Shown here one piece after another: positions 1 to 15,087 of a DNA stretch of 64,000 bases. The stretch covers positions 104,346,001 to 104,410,000 of the forward strand of contig OZ024744.1 of assembly GCA_964016885.1 (NCBI GenBank), given 5' to 3'. The position numbers were made by a program, and so were the translations under genes. The stretch's first letter is position 1, and every line of letters starts with the position of its first letter. The stretch comes from Eledone cirrhosa. Taxonomy: Eukaryota. The notes beneath the pieces are model-generated. The model saw only the letters and a program-made list of their open reading frames with translations, was not told the DNA's origin and made no database searches.

Positions 1-225
1 TATAATAACATCCACCCTCTACTAGAAAACATATATAATAACATCCACCCTCTACTAGATAATCTCCTCTTCCTATCAAGTAAAACAACTTTTATGCTGC
101 TCCCATGAAAAGTAGGGTGGAGAGTTTGTACAGATGGTGAAGTGGATATGTATTATGCAGAAGATAGGGTGGAACCTGAGACAATGGGGGGTTAATAGAA
201 CTGAAGAAGAAATATTTTGATGAAA

Positions 226-1670
226 TAAATGACACCACAATACTAGTGTCAGATATACCTAGTAAATGACACCCCAATACTACTAGTGTCAGATATACCT
301 AGTACATGATACCACAATACTAGTGACAGTTATACCTAGTAAATGACACCACAATACTACTAGTGTCAGATATACCTAGTAAATGACACCCCAATACTAC
401 TAGTGACAGATATACCTAGGAAATGACACCACAATACTACTAGTGTCAGATATACCTCGTAAATGACACCACAATACTACTAGTGACAGATATACCTAGT
501 ACATCACACCACAATACTACTAGTGTCAGATAAACCTGGTAACTGACACCACAATACTACTAGTGTCAGATATACCTAGTAAATGACACCATAATACTAC
601 TAGTGTCAGATATACCTAGTAAATGACACCACAATACTAGTGTCATATATACCTAGTAAATGACACCATAATACTACTAGTGTCAGGTATACCTAGTAAA
701 TGACACCACAATACTAGTGTCATATATACCTAGTAAATGACACCATAATACTACTAGTGTCAGGTATACCTAGTAAATGACACCACAATACTAGTGTCAT
801 ATATACCTAGTAAATGACACCATAATACTACTAGTGTCAGGTATACCTAGTAAATGACACCACAATACTACTAGTGTCAGATATACCTAGTAAATGACAC
901 CACAATACTACTAGTGTCAGATATACCTAGTAAATGACACCACAATACTACTAGTGTCAGATATACCTAGTAAATGACACCACAATACTAGTGTCTGATA
1001 TAACTAGTAAATGACACCACAATACTACTAGTGTCAGGTATACCTAGTAAATGACACCACAATACTACTAGTGTCAGATATACCTAGTAAATGACACCAC
1101 AATACTACTAGTGTCAGATATACCTAGTAAATGACACCACAATACTAGTGTCAGATATACCTAGTAAATGACACCACAATACTACTAGTGTCAGATATAC
1201 CTAGTAAATGACACCACAATACTACTAGTGTCAGATATACCTAGTAAATGACACCACAATACTAGTGTCTGATATAACTAGTAAATGACACCACAATACT
1301 ACTAGTGTCAGGTATACCTAGTAAATGACACCACAATACTACTAGTGTCAGATATACCTAGTAAATGACACCACAATACTACTAGTGTCAGATATACCTA
1401 GTAAATGACACCACAATACTAGTGTCAGATATACCTAGTAAATGACACCACAATACTACTAGTGTCAGATATACCTGGTAAATGGCACCACAATACTAGT
1501 GTCAGATAAACCTGGTAAATGACACCACAATACTAGTGTCAGATATACCTAGTAAATGACACCACAATACTAGTGTCAGATAAACCTGGTAAATGACACC
1601 ACAATACTAGTGTCAGATATACCTAGTAAATGACACCATAATACTAGTGTTAGTTATTCCTAGTAAATGA
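226..1670. repeat. Minisatellite B, 37/40-bp unit CACAATAC(TAC)TAGTGTCAGATATACCTAGTAAATGACAC
   Basis: Direct tandem array. Confidence 0.95.
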
Positions 1671-2196
1671 CTGTACTTTAGTGAAAATATTTGGCGTACA
1701 ACCCTCTACCAGTACTGCCACCCTAAATACTTAAATACTTCTGTTAAATAATTCAAATAAATACTTGTTAAATAATATCTAATAATACATCTGGACTTTA
1801 AATCTTTGGTTATTATTTTGTTCTGATTCAGTATTGTTTGTGTTTATTGTGTTATATACAGAGCTTTTCTTGTGCATTGTTTTGTTGGTAGAGTTCAGTT
1901 TAGATTACCAAGGCAACAAGAGAGAAGTAGTTTCAGGTCACGCTTACACCCTAATCAATATCTCATCTTGAGAGTGGGCAAAGATGATATTGGTGTTTCT
2001 CTAATATTAGTTTCAGAGATTTTGCTAAGAATTCACAATTCTGATTGTTCAGCCATCCCCCGTCTTCCTGATTTGTGTAACTCTTGTATTTTGTGCTGTC
2101 TATGTTAGAATAAATATGTTGTTAATATATGTTACAAATTCTGGGAGAACTATTATACTTTTTAATCATCAGTTATACAGAATTCCTTTCAGGTGC

Positions 2197-2767
2197 AGAA
2201 AATATATATAACATCCACCCTCTAATAGAAAACATATATAATAACATCCACCCTCTACTAGAAAACATATAATAACATCCACCCTCTACTAGAAAACATA
2301 TAATAACATCCACCCTCTACTAGAAAACATATCATAACATCCACCCTCTACTAGAAAACATATATAACATCCACCCTCTACTAGAAAACATATATAATAA
2401 CATCCACCCCTCTGCTAGAAAACATATCATAACATCCACACTCTACTAGAAAACATATAATAATATCCACCCCTCTACTAGAAAACATATATAATAACAT
2501 CCACACTCTACTAGAAAACATATATAATAACATCCACACTCTACTAGAAAACATATCATAACATCCACCCTCTACTAGAAAACATATAATAACATCCACC
2601 CTCTGCTAGAAAACATATATAACATCCACCCTCTACTAGAAAACATATATAATAACATCCACCCTCTACTAGAAAAAATATAATAACATCCACCCTCTAC
2701 TAGAAAACATATAATAACATCCACCCTCTACTAGAAAACATATATAATAACATCCACCCTCTACTAG
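2197..2767. repeat. Minisatellite A, ~30-33-bp unit TATAATAACATCCACCCTCTACTAGAAAACA (also at 1-58)
   Basis: Direct tandem array. Confidence 0.95.
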
Positions 2768-2934
2768 ATAATCTCCTCTTCCTATCAAGTAAAACAACTT
2801 TTATGCTGCTCCCATGAAAAGTAGGGTGGAGAGTTTGTACAGATGGTGAAGTGGATATGTATTATGCAGAAGATAGGGTGGAACCTGAGACAATGGGGGG
2901 TTAATAGAACTGAAGAAGAAATATTTTGATGAAA

Positions 2935-4296
2935 TAAATGACACCACAATACTAGTGTCAGATATACCTAGTAAATGACACCCCAATACTACTAGTGTCA
3001 GATATACCTAGTACATGATACCACAATACTAGTGACAGTTATACCTAGTAAATGACACCACAATACTACTAGTGTCAGATATACCTAGTAAATGACACCC
3101 CAATACTACTAGTGACAGATATACCTAGGAAATGACACCACAATACTACTAGTGTCAGATATACCTAGTAAATGACACCACAATACTAGTGTCATATATA
3201 CCTAGTAAATGACACCATAATACTACTAGTGTCAGGTATACCTAGTAAATGACACCACAATACTAGTGTCATATATACCTAGTAAATGACACCATAATAC
3301 TACTAGTGTCAGGTATACCTAGTAAATGACACCACAATACTAGTGTCATATATACCTAGTAAATGACACCATAATACTACTAGTGTCAGGTATACCTAGT
3401 AAATGACACCACAATACTAGTGTCATATATACCTAGTAAATGACACCATAATACTACTAGTGTCAGGTATACCTAGTAAATGACACCACAATACTACTAG
3501 TGTCAGATATACCTAGTAAATGACACCACAATACTACTAGTGTCAGATATACCTAGTAAATGACACCACAATACTACTAGTGTCAGATATACCTAGTAAA
3601 TGACACCACAATACTAGTGTCTGATATAACTAGTAAATGACACCACAATACTACTAGTGTCAGGTATACCTAGTAAATGACACCACAATACTACTAGTGT
3701 CAGATATACCTAGTAAATGACACCACAATACTACTAGTGTCAGATATACCTAGTAAATGACACCACAATACTAGTGTCAGATATACCTAGTAAATGACAC
3801 CACAATACTACTAGTGTCAGATATACCTAGTAAATGACACCACAATACTACTAGTGTCAGATATACCTAGTAAATGACACCACAATACTAGTGTCTGATA
3901 TAACTAGTAAATGACACCACAATACTACTAGTGTCAGGTATACCTAGTAAATGACACCACAATACTACTAGTGTCAGATATACCTAGTAAATGACACCAC
4001 AATACTACTAGTGTCAGATATACCTAGTAAATGACACCACAATACTAGTGTCAGATATACCTAGTAAATGACACCACAATACTACTAGTGTCAGATATAC
4101 CTGGTAAATGGCACCACAATACTAGTGTCAGATAAACCTGGTAAATGACACCACAATACTAGTGTCAGATATACCTAGTAAATGACACCACAATACTAGT
4201 GTCAGATAAACCTGGTAAATGACACCACAATACTAGTGTCAGATATACCTAGTAAATGACACCATAATACTAGTGTTAGTTATTCCTAGTAAATGA
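2935..4296. repeat. Minisatellite B array, copy 2
   Basis: Direct tandem array. Confidence 0.95.
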
Positions 4297-4822
4297 CTGT
4301 ACTTTAGTGAAAATATTTGGCGTACAACCCTCTACCAGTACTGCCACCCTAAATACTTAAATACTTCTGTTAAATAATTCAAATAAATACTTGTTAAATA
4401 ATATCTAATAATACATCTGGACTTTAAATCTTTGGTTATTATTTTGTTCTGATTCAGTATTGTTTGTGTTTATTGTGTTATATACAGAGCTTTTCTTGTG
4501 CATTGTTTTGTTGGTAGAGTTCAGTTTAGATTACCAAGGCAACAAGAGAGAAGTAGTTTCAGGTCACGCTTACACCCTAATCAATATCTCATCTTGAGAG
4601 TGGGCAAAGATGATATTGGTGTTTCTCTAATATTAGTTTCAGAGATTTTGCTAAGAATTCACAATTCTGATTGTTCAGCCATCCCCCGTCTTCCTGATTT
4701 GTGTAACTCTTGTATTTTGTGCTGTCTATGTTAGAATAAATATGTTGTTAATATATGTTACAAATTCTGGGAGAACTATTATACTTTTTAATCATCAGTT
4801 ATACAGAATTCCTTTCAGGTGC

Positions 4823-5393
4823 AGAAAATATATATAACATCCACCCTCTAATAGAAAACATATATAATAACATCCACCCTCTACTAGAAAACATATAATA
4901 ACATCCACCCTCTACTAGAAAACATATAATAACATCCACCCTCTACTAGAAAACATATCATAACATCCACCCTCTACTAGAAAACATATATAACATCCAC
5001 CCTCTACTAGAAAACATATATAATAACATCCACCCCTCTGCTAGAAAACATATCATAACATCCACACTCTACTAGAAAACATATAATAATATCCACCCCT
5101 CTACTAGAAAACATATATAATAACATCCACACTCTACTAGAAAACATATATAATAACATCCACACTCTACTAGAAAACATATCATAACATCCACCCTCTA
5201 CTAGAAAACATATAATAACATCCACCCTCTGCTAGAAAACATATATAACATCCACCCTCTACTAGAAAACATATATAATAACATCCACCCTCTACTAGAA
5301 AAAATATAATAACATCCACCCTCTACTAGAAAACATATAATAACATCCACCCTCTACTAGAAAACATATATAATAACATCCACCCTCTACTAG
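4823..5393. repeat. Minisatellite A array, with the same variant order as 2197-2767
   Basis: Direct tandem array; ORF 5007-5225 is identical to ORF 2381-2599. Confidence 0.95.
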
Positions 5394-5560
5394 ATAATCT
5401 CCTCTTCCTATCAAGTAAAACAACTTTTATGCTGCTCCCATGAAAAGTAGGGTGGAGAGTTTGTACAGATGGTGAAGTGGATATGTATTATGCAGAAGAT
5501 AGGGTGGAACCTGAGACAATGGGGGGTTAATAGAACTGAAGAAGAAATATTTTGATGAAA

Positions 5561-8206
5561 TAAATGACACCACAATACTAGTGTCAGATATACCTAGTAA
5601 ATGACACCCCAATACTACTAGTGTCAGATATACCTAGTACATGATACCACAATACTAGTGACAGTTATACCTAGTAAATGACACCACAATACTACTAGTG
5701 TCAGATATACCTAGTAAATGACACCCCAATACTACTAGTGACAGATATACCTAGGAAATGACACCACAATACTACTAGTGTCAGATATACCTAGTAAATG
5801 ACACCACAATACTAGTGTCATATATACCTAGTAAATGACACCATAATACTACTAGTGTCAGGTATACCTAGTAAATGACACCACAATACTAGTGTCATAT
5901 ATACCTAGTAAATGACACCATAATACTACTAGTGTCAGGTATACCTAGTAAATGACACCACAATACTAGTGTCATATATACCTAGTAAATGACACCATAA
6001 TACTACTGGTGTCAGGTATACCTAGTAAATGACACCACAATACTACTAGTGTCAGATATACCTAGTAAATGACACCACAATACTACTAGTGTCAGATATA
6101 CCTAGTAAATGACACCACAATACTACTAGTGTCAGATATACCTAGTAAATGACACCACAATACTAGTGTCTGATATAACTAGTAAATGACACCACAATAC
6201 TACTAGTGTCAGGTATACCTAGTAAATGACACCACAATACTACTAGTGTCAGATATACCTAGTAAATGACACCACAATACTACTAGTGTCAGATATACCT
6301 AGTAAATGACACCACAATACTAGTGTCAGATATACCTAGTAAATGACACCACAATACTACTAGTGTCAGATATACCTGGTAAATGGCACCACAATACTAG
6401 TGTCAGATAAACCTGGTAAATGACACCACAATACTAGTGTCAGATATACCTAGTAAATGACACCACAATACTAGTGTCAGATAAACCTGGTAAATGACAC
6501 CACAATACTAGTGTCAGATATACCTAGTAAATGACACCACAATACTAGTGTCTGATATAACTAGTAAATGACACCACAATACTACTAGTGTCAGGTATAA
6601 CTAGTAAATGACACCACAATACTACTAGTGTCAGATATACCTAGTAAATGACACCACAATACTACTCGTGTCAGATATACCTAGTAAATGACACCACAAT
6701 ACTACTAGTGTCAGATATACCTGGTAAATGACACCACAATACTAGTGTCAGATAAACCTTGTAAATGACACCACAATACTAGTGTCAGATATACCTAGTA
6801 AATGACACCACAATACTAGTGTCAGATAAACCTGGTAAATGACACCACAATACTAGTGTCAGATATACCTAGTAAATGACACCACAATACTACTAGTGTC
6901 AGATATACCTAGTAAATGACACCACAATACTAGTGTCAGATATACCTAGTAAATGACACCACAATACTAGTGTCAGATATACCTAGTAAATGACACCACA
7001 ATACTACTAGTGTCAGATATACCTAGGAAGTGACACCACAATACTAGTGTCAGATATACCTAGTAAATGACACCACAATACTACTAGTGTCAGATATACC
7101 TAGTAAATGACACCACAATACTAGTTTCAGATATACCTAGTAAATGACACCACAATACTACTAGTGTTAGATATAACTAGTAAATGACACCACAATACTA
7201 CTAGTGTCAGATATAACTAGTAAATGACACCACAATACTACTAGTGTTAGATATACCTAGTAAATGACACCATAATACTACTAGTGTTAGATATACCTAG
7301 TAAATGACACCACAATACTACTAGTGTCAGATATACCTAGTAAATGACACCACAATACTCGTGTCAGATATACTTAGTAAATGACACCACAATACTACTA
7401 GTGTCAGATATACCTAGTAAATGACAGCACAATACTACTAGTGTTAGATATACCTAGTAAATGACACCACAATACTACTAGTGTCAGATATACCTAGTAA
7501 ATGACACCATAATACTACTAGTGTTAGATATACCTAGTAAATGACACCACAATACTACTAGTGTCAGATATACCTAGTAAATGACACCACAATACTACTA
7601 GTGTTAGATATACCTAGTAAATGACACCACAATACTACTAGTGTCAGATATACCTAGTAAATGACACCACAATACTACTAGTGTCAGATATACCTAGTAA
7701 ATGACACCATAATACTACTAGTGTCAGATATATTTAGTAAATGTCACCACAATACTACTAGTGTCAGATATACCTAGTAAATGACACCACAATACTAGTG
7801 TCAGATATACCTAGTAAATGTCACCACAATACTACTAGTGTCAGATATACCTAGTAAATGACACCACAATACTAGTGTCAGATATACCTAGTAAATGACA
7901 CCACAATACTAGTGTCAGATATACCTAGTAAATGACACCACAATACTACTAGTGTCAGATATACCTAGTAAATGTCACCACAATACTACTAGTGTCAGAT
8001 ATACCTAGTAAATGACACCACAATACTAGTGTCAGATATACCTAGTAAATGACACCATAATACTACTAGTGTCAGATATACCTAGTAAATGACACCATAA
8101 TACTAGTGTCAGATATACCTAGTAAATGACACCACAATACTACTAGTGTCAGATATACCTAGTAAATGACACCATAATACTAGTGTTAGTTATTCCTAGT
8201 AAATGA
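5561..8206. repeat. Minisatellite B array, copy 3 (expanded)
   Basis: Direct tandem array. Confidence 0.95.
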
Positions 8207-8732
8207 CTGAACTTTAGTGAAAATATTTGGCGTACAACCCTCTACCAGTACTGCCACCCTAAATACTTAAATACTTCTGTTAAATAATTCAAATAAATAC
8301 TTGTTAAATAATATCTAATAATACATCTGGACTTTAAATCTTTGGTTATTATTTTGTTCTGATTCAGTATTGTTTGTGTTTATTGTGTTATATACAGAGC
8401 TTTTCTTGTGCATTGTTTTGTTGGTAGAGTTCAGTTTAGATTACAAAGGCAACAAGAGAGAAGTAGTTTCAGGTCACGCTTACACCCTAATCAATATCTC
8501 ATCTTGAGAGTGGGCAAAGATGATATTGGTGTTTCTCTAATATTAGTTTCAGAGATTTTGCTAAGAATTCACAATTCTGATTGTTCAGCCATCCCCCGTC
8601 TTCCTGATTTGTGTAACTCTTGTATTTTGTGCTGTCTATGTTAGAATAAATATGTTGTTAATATATGTTACAAATTCTGGGAGAACTATTATACTTTTTA
8701 ATCATCAGTTATACAGAATTCCTTTCAGGTGC

Positions 8733-10407
8733 AGAAAATATATATAACATCCACCCTCTAATAGAGAACATATATAATAACATCCACCCTCTACTAGAAA
8801 ACATATATAACATCCACCCCTCTAATAGAAAACATATATAACATCCACCCTCTACTAGAAAACATATAATAACATCCACACTCTACTAGAAAACATATAT
8901 AACATCCACCCTCTACTAGAAAACATATCATAACATCCACCCTCTACTAGAAAACATATAATAACATCCACCCTCTACTAGAAAACATACATAACATCCA
9001 CCCTCTTCTAGAAAACATATAATAACATCCACCCTCTTCTAGAAAACATATATAACATCCACCCTCTACTAGAAAACATACATAACATCCACCCTCTTCT
9101 AGAAACATACATAATATCCACCCTGTACTAGAAAACATACATAACATCCACCCTCTTCTAGAAAACATATAATAACATCCACCCTCTTCTAGAAAACATA
9201 CATAACATCCACCCTCTACTAGAAAACATACATAACATCCACCCTCTTCTAGAAAACATACATAACATCCACCCTCTTCTAGAAAACATACATAACATCC
9301 ACCCTCTACTAGAAAACATATAATAACATCCACCCTCTACTAGAAAACATATATAATAACATCCACCCTCTACTAGAAAACATAATATCATAACATCCAC
9401 CCTCTACTAGAAAACATATAATAATATCCACCCTCTACTAGAAAACATATAATAACATCCACCCTCTACTAGAAAACATATAATTGTTTCTACTTTTAGC
9501 ACAAGGCCAGCAATTACCCAGTACATTACTGGTACTTCATTTTATCAACCCCCGTAAGGATGAAAGGCAAAGTTAGCCTCGGCGGGATATATAATAACAT
9601 CCACCCTCTGCTAGAAAACATATATAACATCCACACTCTACTAGAAAACATATAATAACATCCACCCTCTATTAGAAAACATATAATAACATCCACCCTC
9701 TACTAGAAAACATATATAACATCCACACTCTACTAGAAAACATATAATAACATCCACCCTCTATTAGAAAACATATATAATAACATCCACCCTCTACTAG
9801 AAAACATATATAATAACATCCACCCTCTACTAGAAAACATATATAATAACATCCACCCTCTACTAGAAAACATATATAATAACATCCACCCTCTACTAGA
9901 AAACATATATAATAACATCCACCCTCTACTAGAAAACATATATAATAACATCCACCCTCTACTAGAAAACATATATAATAACATCCACCCTCTACTAGAA
10001 AACATATATAACATCCACCCTCTACTAGAAAACATATATAATATCCACACTCTACTAGAAAACATATAATAACATCCACCCTCTACTAGAAAACATATAT
10101 AATATCCACACTCTACTAGAAAACATATATAATAACATCCACCCCTCTGCTAGAAAACATATATAATATCCACCCTCTACTAGAAAACATATATAACATC
10201 CACCCTCTACTAGAAAACATATATAATATCCACCCCTCTACTAGAAAACATATATAATAACATCCACACTCTACTAGAAAACATATATAATAACATCCAC
10301 CCTCTACTAGAAAACATATATAATATCCACCCTCTACTAGAAAACATATATAATATCCACCCCTCTACTAGAAAACATATATAATAACATCCACCCTCTA
10401 CTAGAAA
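8733..10407. repeat. Minisatellite A array (expanded), interrupted by a truncated SINE at ~9482-9588
   Basis: Direct tandem array; SINE motif AATTGTTTCTACT...GGATGAAAGGCAAAGT inside it. Confidence 0.95.
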
Positions 10408-10704
10408 ATCTCCTCTTCCTATCAAGTAAAACAACTTTTATGCTGCTCCCATGAAAAGTAGGGAGGAGAGTTTGTACAGATGGTGAACCTTAGACATTGG
10501 GTGGTTAATAGAACTGAAGAAGAAATATTTTTGGCAGAGAAATGGGTAAAATAATTGATGTAATGAGAATATGTGAAAGGATAATTAAGCTTAGGTTAGT
10601 GATAGGTAATATGACAACTGTAGGTAACTCTGAAGATGTACCGCAATCATGTTTGACAGATGATCAAGTTTTTATTTAGTCCTTTTGTAAACCACCTCAA
10701 TAAC

Positions 10705-13700
10705 AAATGACAACTCCATAACATAGTTAGTGACCTCAGTAACAAGTGACGACTTCTTGATAATAGTTAGTGACCTCGGTAACAAGTGACAGCTTCTTGA
10801 TAATAGTTAGTGACCTCAGTAACAAGTGACGACTTCTTCATAATAGTTAGTGACCTCAGTAACAAGTGACGACTTCTTGATAATAGTTAGTGACCTCAGT
10901 AACAAGTGATGACTTCTTGATAATAGTTAGTGACTCAGTAACAAGTGATGACTTCTTGATAATAGTTAGTGACCTCAGTAACAAGTGATGACTTCTTGAT
11001 AATAGTTAGTGACCTCAGTAACAAGTGATGACTTCTTGATAATAGTTAGTGACCTCAGTAACAAGTGACGACTTCTTGATAATAGTTAGTGACCTCAGTA
11101 ACAAGTGACGACTTCTTGATAATAGTTAGTGACCTCAGTAACAAGTGACGACTTCTTGATAATAGTTAGTGACCTCAGTAACAAGTGACGACTTCTTGAT
11201 AATAGTTAGTGACCTCAGTAACAAGTGACAACTTCTTGATAATAGTTAGTGACCTCAGGAACAAGTGACGACTTCTTGATAATAGTTAGTGACCTCAGTA
11301 ACAAGTGACGGCTTCTTGATAATAGTTAGTGACCTCAGTAACAAGTGACGACTTGTTGATAATAGTTAGTGACTCAGTAACAAGTGATGACTTCTTGATA
11401 ATAGTTAGTGACCTCAGTAACAAGTGACGGCTTCTTGATAATAGTTAGTGACCTCAGTAACAAGTGACGACTTCTTGATAATAGTTAGTGACCTCAGTAA
11501 CAAGTGATGACTTCTTGATAATAGTTAGTGACCTCAGTAACAAGTGACGACTTCTTCATAATAGTTAGTGACCTCAGTAACAAGTGACTTCTTGATAATA
11601 GTTAGTGACCTCAGTAACAAGTGTTGACTTCTTGATAATAGTTAGTGACCTCAGTAACAAGTGATGACTTGTTGATAATAGTTAGTGACCTCAGTAACAA
11701 GTGACCTCAGTAACAAGTGACGACTTCTTGATAATAGTTAGTGACCTCAGTAATAAGTGACGACTTCTTGATAATAGTTAGTGACCTCAGTAACAAGTGA
11801 TGACTTCTTGATAATAGTTAGTGACCTCCGTAACAAGTGACGACTTCTTGATAATAGTTAGTGACCTCAGTAACAAGTGACAACTTCTTGATAATAGTTA
11901 GTGACCTCAGTAACAAGTGACGATTTCTTGATAATAGTTAGTGACCTCAGTAATAAGTGACGACTTCTTGATATAGTTAGTGACCTCAGTAACAAGTGAC
12001 GGCTTCTTGATAATAGTTAGTGACCTCGATAACAAGTGACGACTTCTTGATAATAGTTAGTGACCTCAGTAACAAGTGACGGCTTCTTGATAATAGTTAG
12101 TGACCTCAGTAACAAGTGACGACTTCTTGATAATAGTTAGTGACCTCAGTAACAAGTGACGACTTCTTGATAATAGTTAGTGACCTCAGTAACAAGTGAT
12201 GACTTCTTGATAATAGTTAGTGACCTCAGTAACAAGTGACGGCTTCTTGATAATAGTTAGTGACCTCGATAACAAGTGACGACTTCTTGATAATAGTTAG
12301 TGACTCAGTAACAAGTGACGAATTCTTCATAATAGTTAGTGACCTCAGTAACAAGTGACGACTTCTTGATAATAGTTAGTGACTCAGTAACAAGTGACGA
12401 CTTCTTGATAATAGTTAGTGACCTCAGTAACAAGTGACGACTTCTTGATAATAGTTAGTGACCTCGGTAACAAGTGACGACTTCTTGATAATAGTTAGTG
12501 ACCTCAGTAACAAGTGACGACTTCTTGATAATAGTTAGTGACCTCAGTAACAAGTGACGACTTCTTGATAATAGTTAGTGACCTCAGTAACAAGTGACGG
12601 CTTCTTGATAATAGTTAGTGACCTCAGTAACAAGTAATGACTTCTTGATAATAGTTAGTGACCTCAGTAACAAGTAATGACTTCTTCATAATAGTTAGTG
12701 ACCTCAGTAACAAGTAATGACTTCTTGATAATAGTTAGTGACCTCAGTAACAAGTGACGACTTCTTGATAATAGTTAGTGACCTCAGTAACAAGTGACGA
12801 CTTCTTGATAATAGTTAGTGACCTCAGTAACAAGTGATGACTTCTTGATAATAGTTAGTGACCTCAGTAACAAGTGACGACTTCTTGATAATAGTTAGTG
12901 ACCTCAGTAACAAGTGACGACTTCTTCATAATAGTTAGTGACCTCAGTAACAAGTGATGACTTCTTGATAATAGTTAGTGACCTCAGTAACAAGTGACGA
13001 CTTCTTGATAATAGTTAGTGACCTCAGTAACAAGTGACGACTTCTTGATAATAGTTAGTGACCTCAGTAACAAGTGACGACTTCTTGATAATAGTTAGTG
13101 ACCTCAGTAACAAGTGACGGCTTCTTGATAATAGTTAGTGACCTCCGTAACAAGTGACGACTTCTTGATAATAGTTAGTGACTCAGTAACAAGTGATGAC
13201 TTCTTGATAATAGTTAGTGACCTCAGTAACAAGTGACGGCTTCTTGATAATAGTTAGTGACCTCGGTAACAAGTGACGACTTCTTGATAATAGTTAGTGA
13301 CCTCAGTAACAAGTGACGGCTTCTTGATAATAGTTAGTGACCTCAGTAACAAGTGACGACTTGTTGATAATAGTTAGTGACTCAGTAACAAGTGATGACT
13401 TCTTGATAATAGTTAGTGACCTCAGTAACAAGTGACGGCTTCTTGATAATAGTTAGTGACCTCAGTAACAAGTGACGACTTCTTGATAATAGTTAGTGAC
13501 CTCAGTAACAAGTGACGGCTTCTTGATAATAGTTAGTGACCTCAGTAACAAGTGACGACTTCTTGATAATAGTTAGTGACCTCAGTAACAAGTGACTTCT
13601 TCATAATAGTTAGTGACCTCAGTAACAAGTGATGACTTCTTGATAATAGTTAGTGACCTCAGTAACAAGTGACGACTTCTTGATAATAGTTAGTGACCTC

Positions 13701-14160
13701 AGTAACAAGTGATGACTTCTTGATAATAGTTAGTGACCTCAGTAACAAGTGACGACTTCTTGATAATAGTTAGTGACCTCAGTAACAAGTGATGACTTCT
13801 TGATAATAGTTAGTGACCTCAGTAACAAGTGACGACTTCTTGATAATAGTTAGTGACCTCAGTAACAAGTGACGATTTCTTGATAATAGTTAGTGACCTC
13901 AGTAACAAGTGACGACTTCTTGATAATAGTTAGTGACCTCAGTAACAAGTGACGACTTCTTGATAATAGTTAGTGACCTCAGTAACCAATAATGACCTCA
14001 TAACAATAGTTAGTGACCTCAGTAACCAATAATGGCCTCATAACAATAGTTGGTGATCTCAGTAACCAATGATGACCTCATAACAATAGTTGGTGACCTC
14101 AGTAACCAATGACAACCTCATCATCATTGTTGGTGACCTCAGTAATGAGTGACAACCTCA
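10705..14160. repeat. Minisatellite C, 40-bp unit GATAATAGTTAGTGACCTCAGTAACAAGTGACGACTTCTT, ~80 copies with degenerate edges
   Basis: Direct tandem array. Confidence 0.97.
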
Positions 14161-14324
14161 AAATTATGGCTGGTAACAAAGGACAACCAATGGATATGTT
14201 AGTCAACACCATGATGGTTATTCAGTGTACACAGAGTCGAAAAATATGAAAGTTCTGGACCATTTATAGTGAACATGTCAGGAAACTGATTTCCTCATTA
14301 TGCAAAGACATACAAGCCAGTGCA

Positions 14325-14485
14325 GGGGCATGGCTTAGTGGCTAGAGCATTGGGTTTGCAATCAAAAGGTTGTGAGTTCAATTCTCAGACCGGGTAATGT
14401 GTTGTTTCCTTCAGCAAGACACTTTATTTCACGTTGCTTCAGTTTACTCAGCTGTAGAAATAAGATGATAGGACTGGGGTCCCTA
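14325..14485 (+). mobile_element. tRNA-derived SINE with CORE-like body (SINE family 2; OR2-like), 3'-truncated
   Basis: A-box TGGCTTAGTGG, B-box GTTCAATTC, CORE-like TGTTTCCTTCAGCAAGACACTT; homologous to 50364-50690 and 58291-58636. Confidence 0.8.
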
Positions 14486-15087
14486 TCATTAAATTACCCA
14501 ATACACTTCCAATGAGATACACCTTGGAGGAGGCCAGCTAAACCTGCATAGGTATGAGTTGACACTCACACACACACAAACCAGATAGCTTTCAAAGTCA
14601 CAAATAAATGGGATAGATAACTTATTGAGAATACTAAGTCCTTCCCAAGTGAAGAAGGCACCACTCAGCTTTAAGATAGACTCATTAACACAACACAGTC
14701 TAGAGAAAGAATAGAAGCTAAAAAAAAAAACTTTGGTTAAATATAGATTCAGAGAAATAGCTATTGATGTGTATAATCATTAGATAGAGATGGGGATTTG
14801 TAATATAGAGAGAAAGCTGTAAATCACAGACCAGAGCTGTGAATGGAGCAAAGTTCAAGTTAGTTGGAAAGTGACATAGTGGTAAAATACTACTGCAGAT
14901 AGGGCCATATAAAAACTAAGAGACAGGCCTGGAAATATGGGGGGGGGGGGGGGGGGAGGAACAATACTAGGTAGCTAGACATTAGGAATATATAGCAAGG
15001 AGAGAAGCTGAAAAAGGTTTGCCAATATTCTGTAACAAGAGGCGAGAGATTGCAAAGCAGTGTCTGTGTGAATCAGGACATCATAGA

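Larger units (their letters stand above)
1..10530. repeat. Tandem macro-duplication of a ~2.6-kb+ unit (minisatellite A - unique U1 - minisatellite B - unique U2): three copies plus a diverged partial U1
   Basis: Identical ORFs recur at 92/2801/5427 and near-identical ones at 1872/4498/8408. A diverged U1 copy with a 33-bp deletion lies at 10408-10530. Confidence 0.95.

Noticed and set aside
8947-10434. Cys/Gly/Tyr-rich repetitive ORFs (ICFLVEGGCYY, MFSSRGWMLLY), superficially keratin-associated or reflectin-like
   Set aside because: Translations of minisatellite A. Unit lengths vary by non-multiples of 3, and reflectin M/FD(X)5MD motifs are absent.
226-14160. CRISPR-like appearance of the 30-40-bp repeats
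   Set aside because: Units are contiguous with no unique spacers, there are no cas genes, and the context is eukaryotic.
14325-14395. tRNA gene with a GCA anticodon-like loop (also 50620-50690 and 58566-58636)
   Set aside because: It continues into a SINE body and tail, so it is a SINE head and not a tRNA gene.
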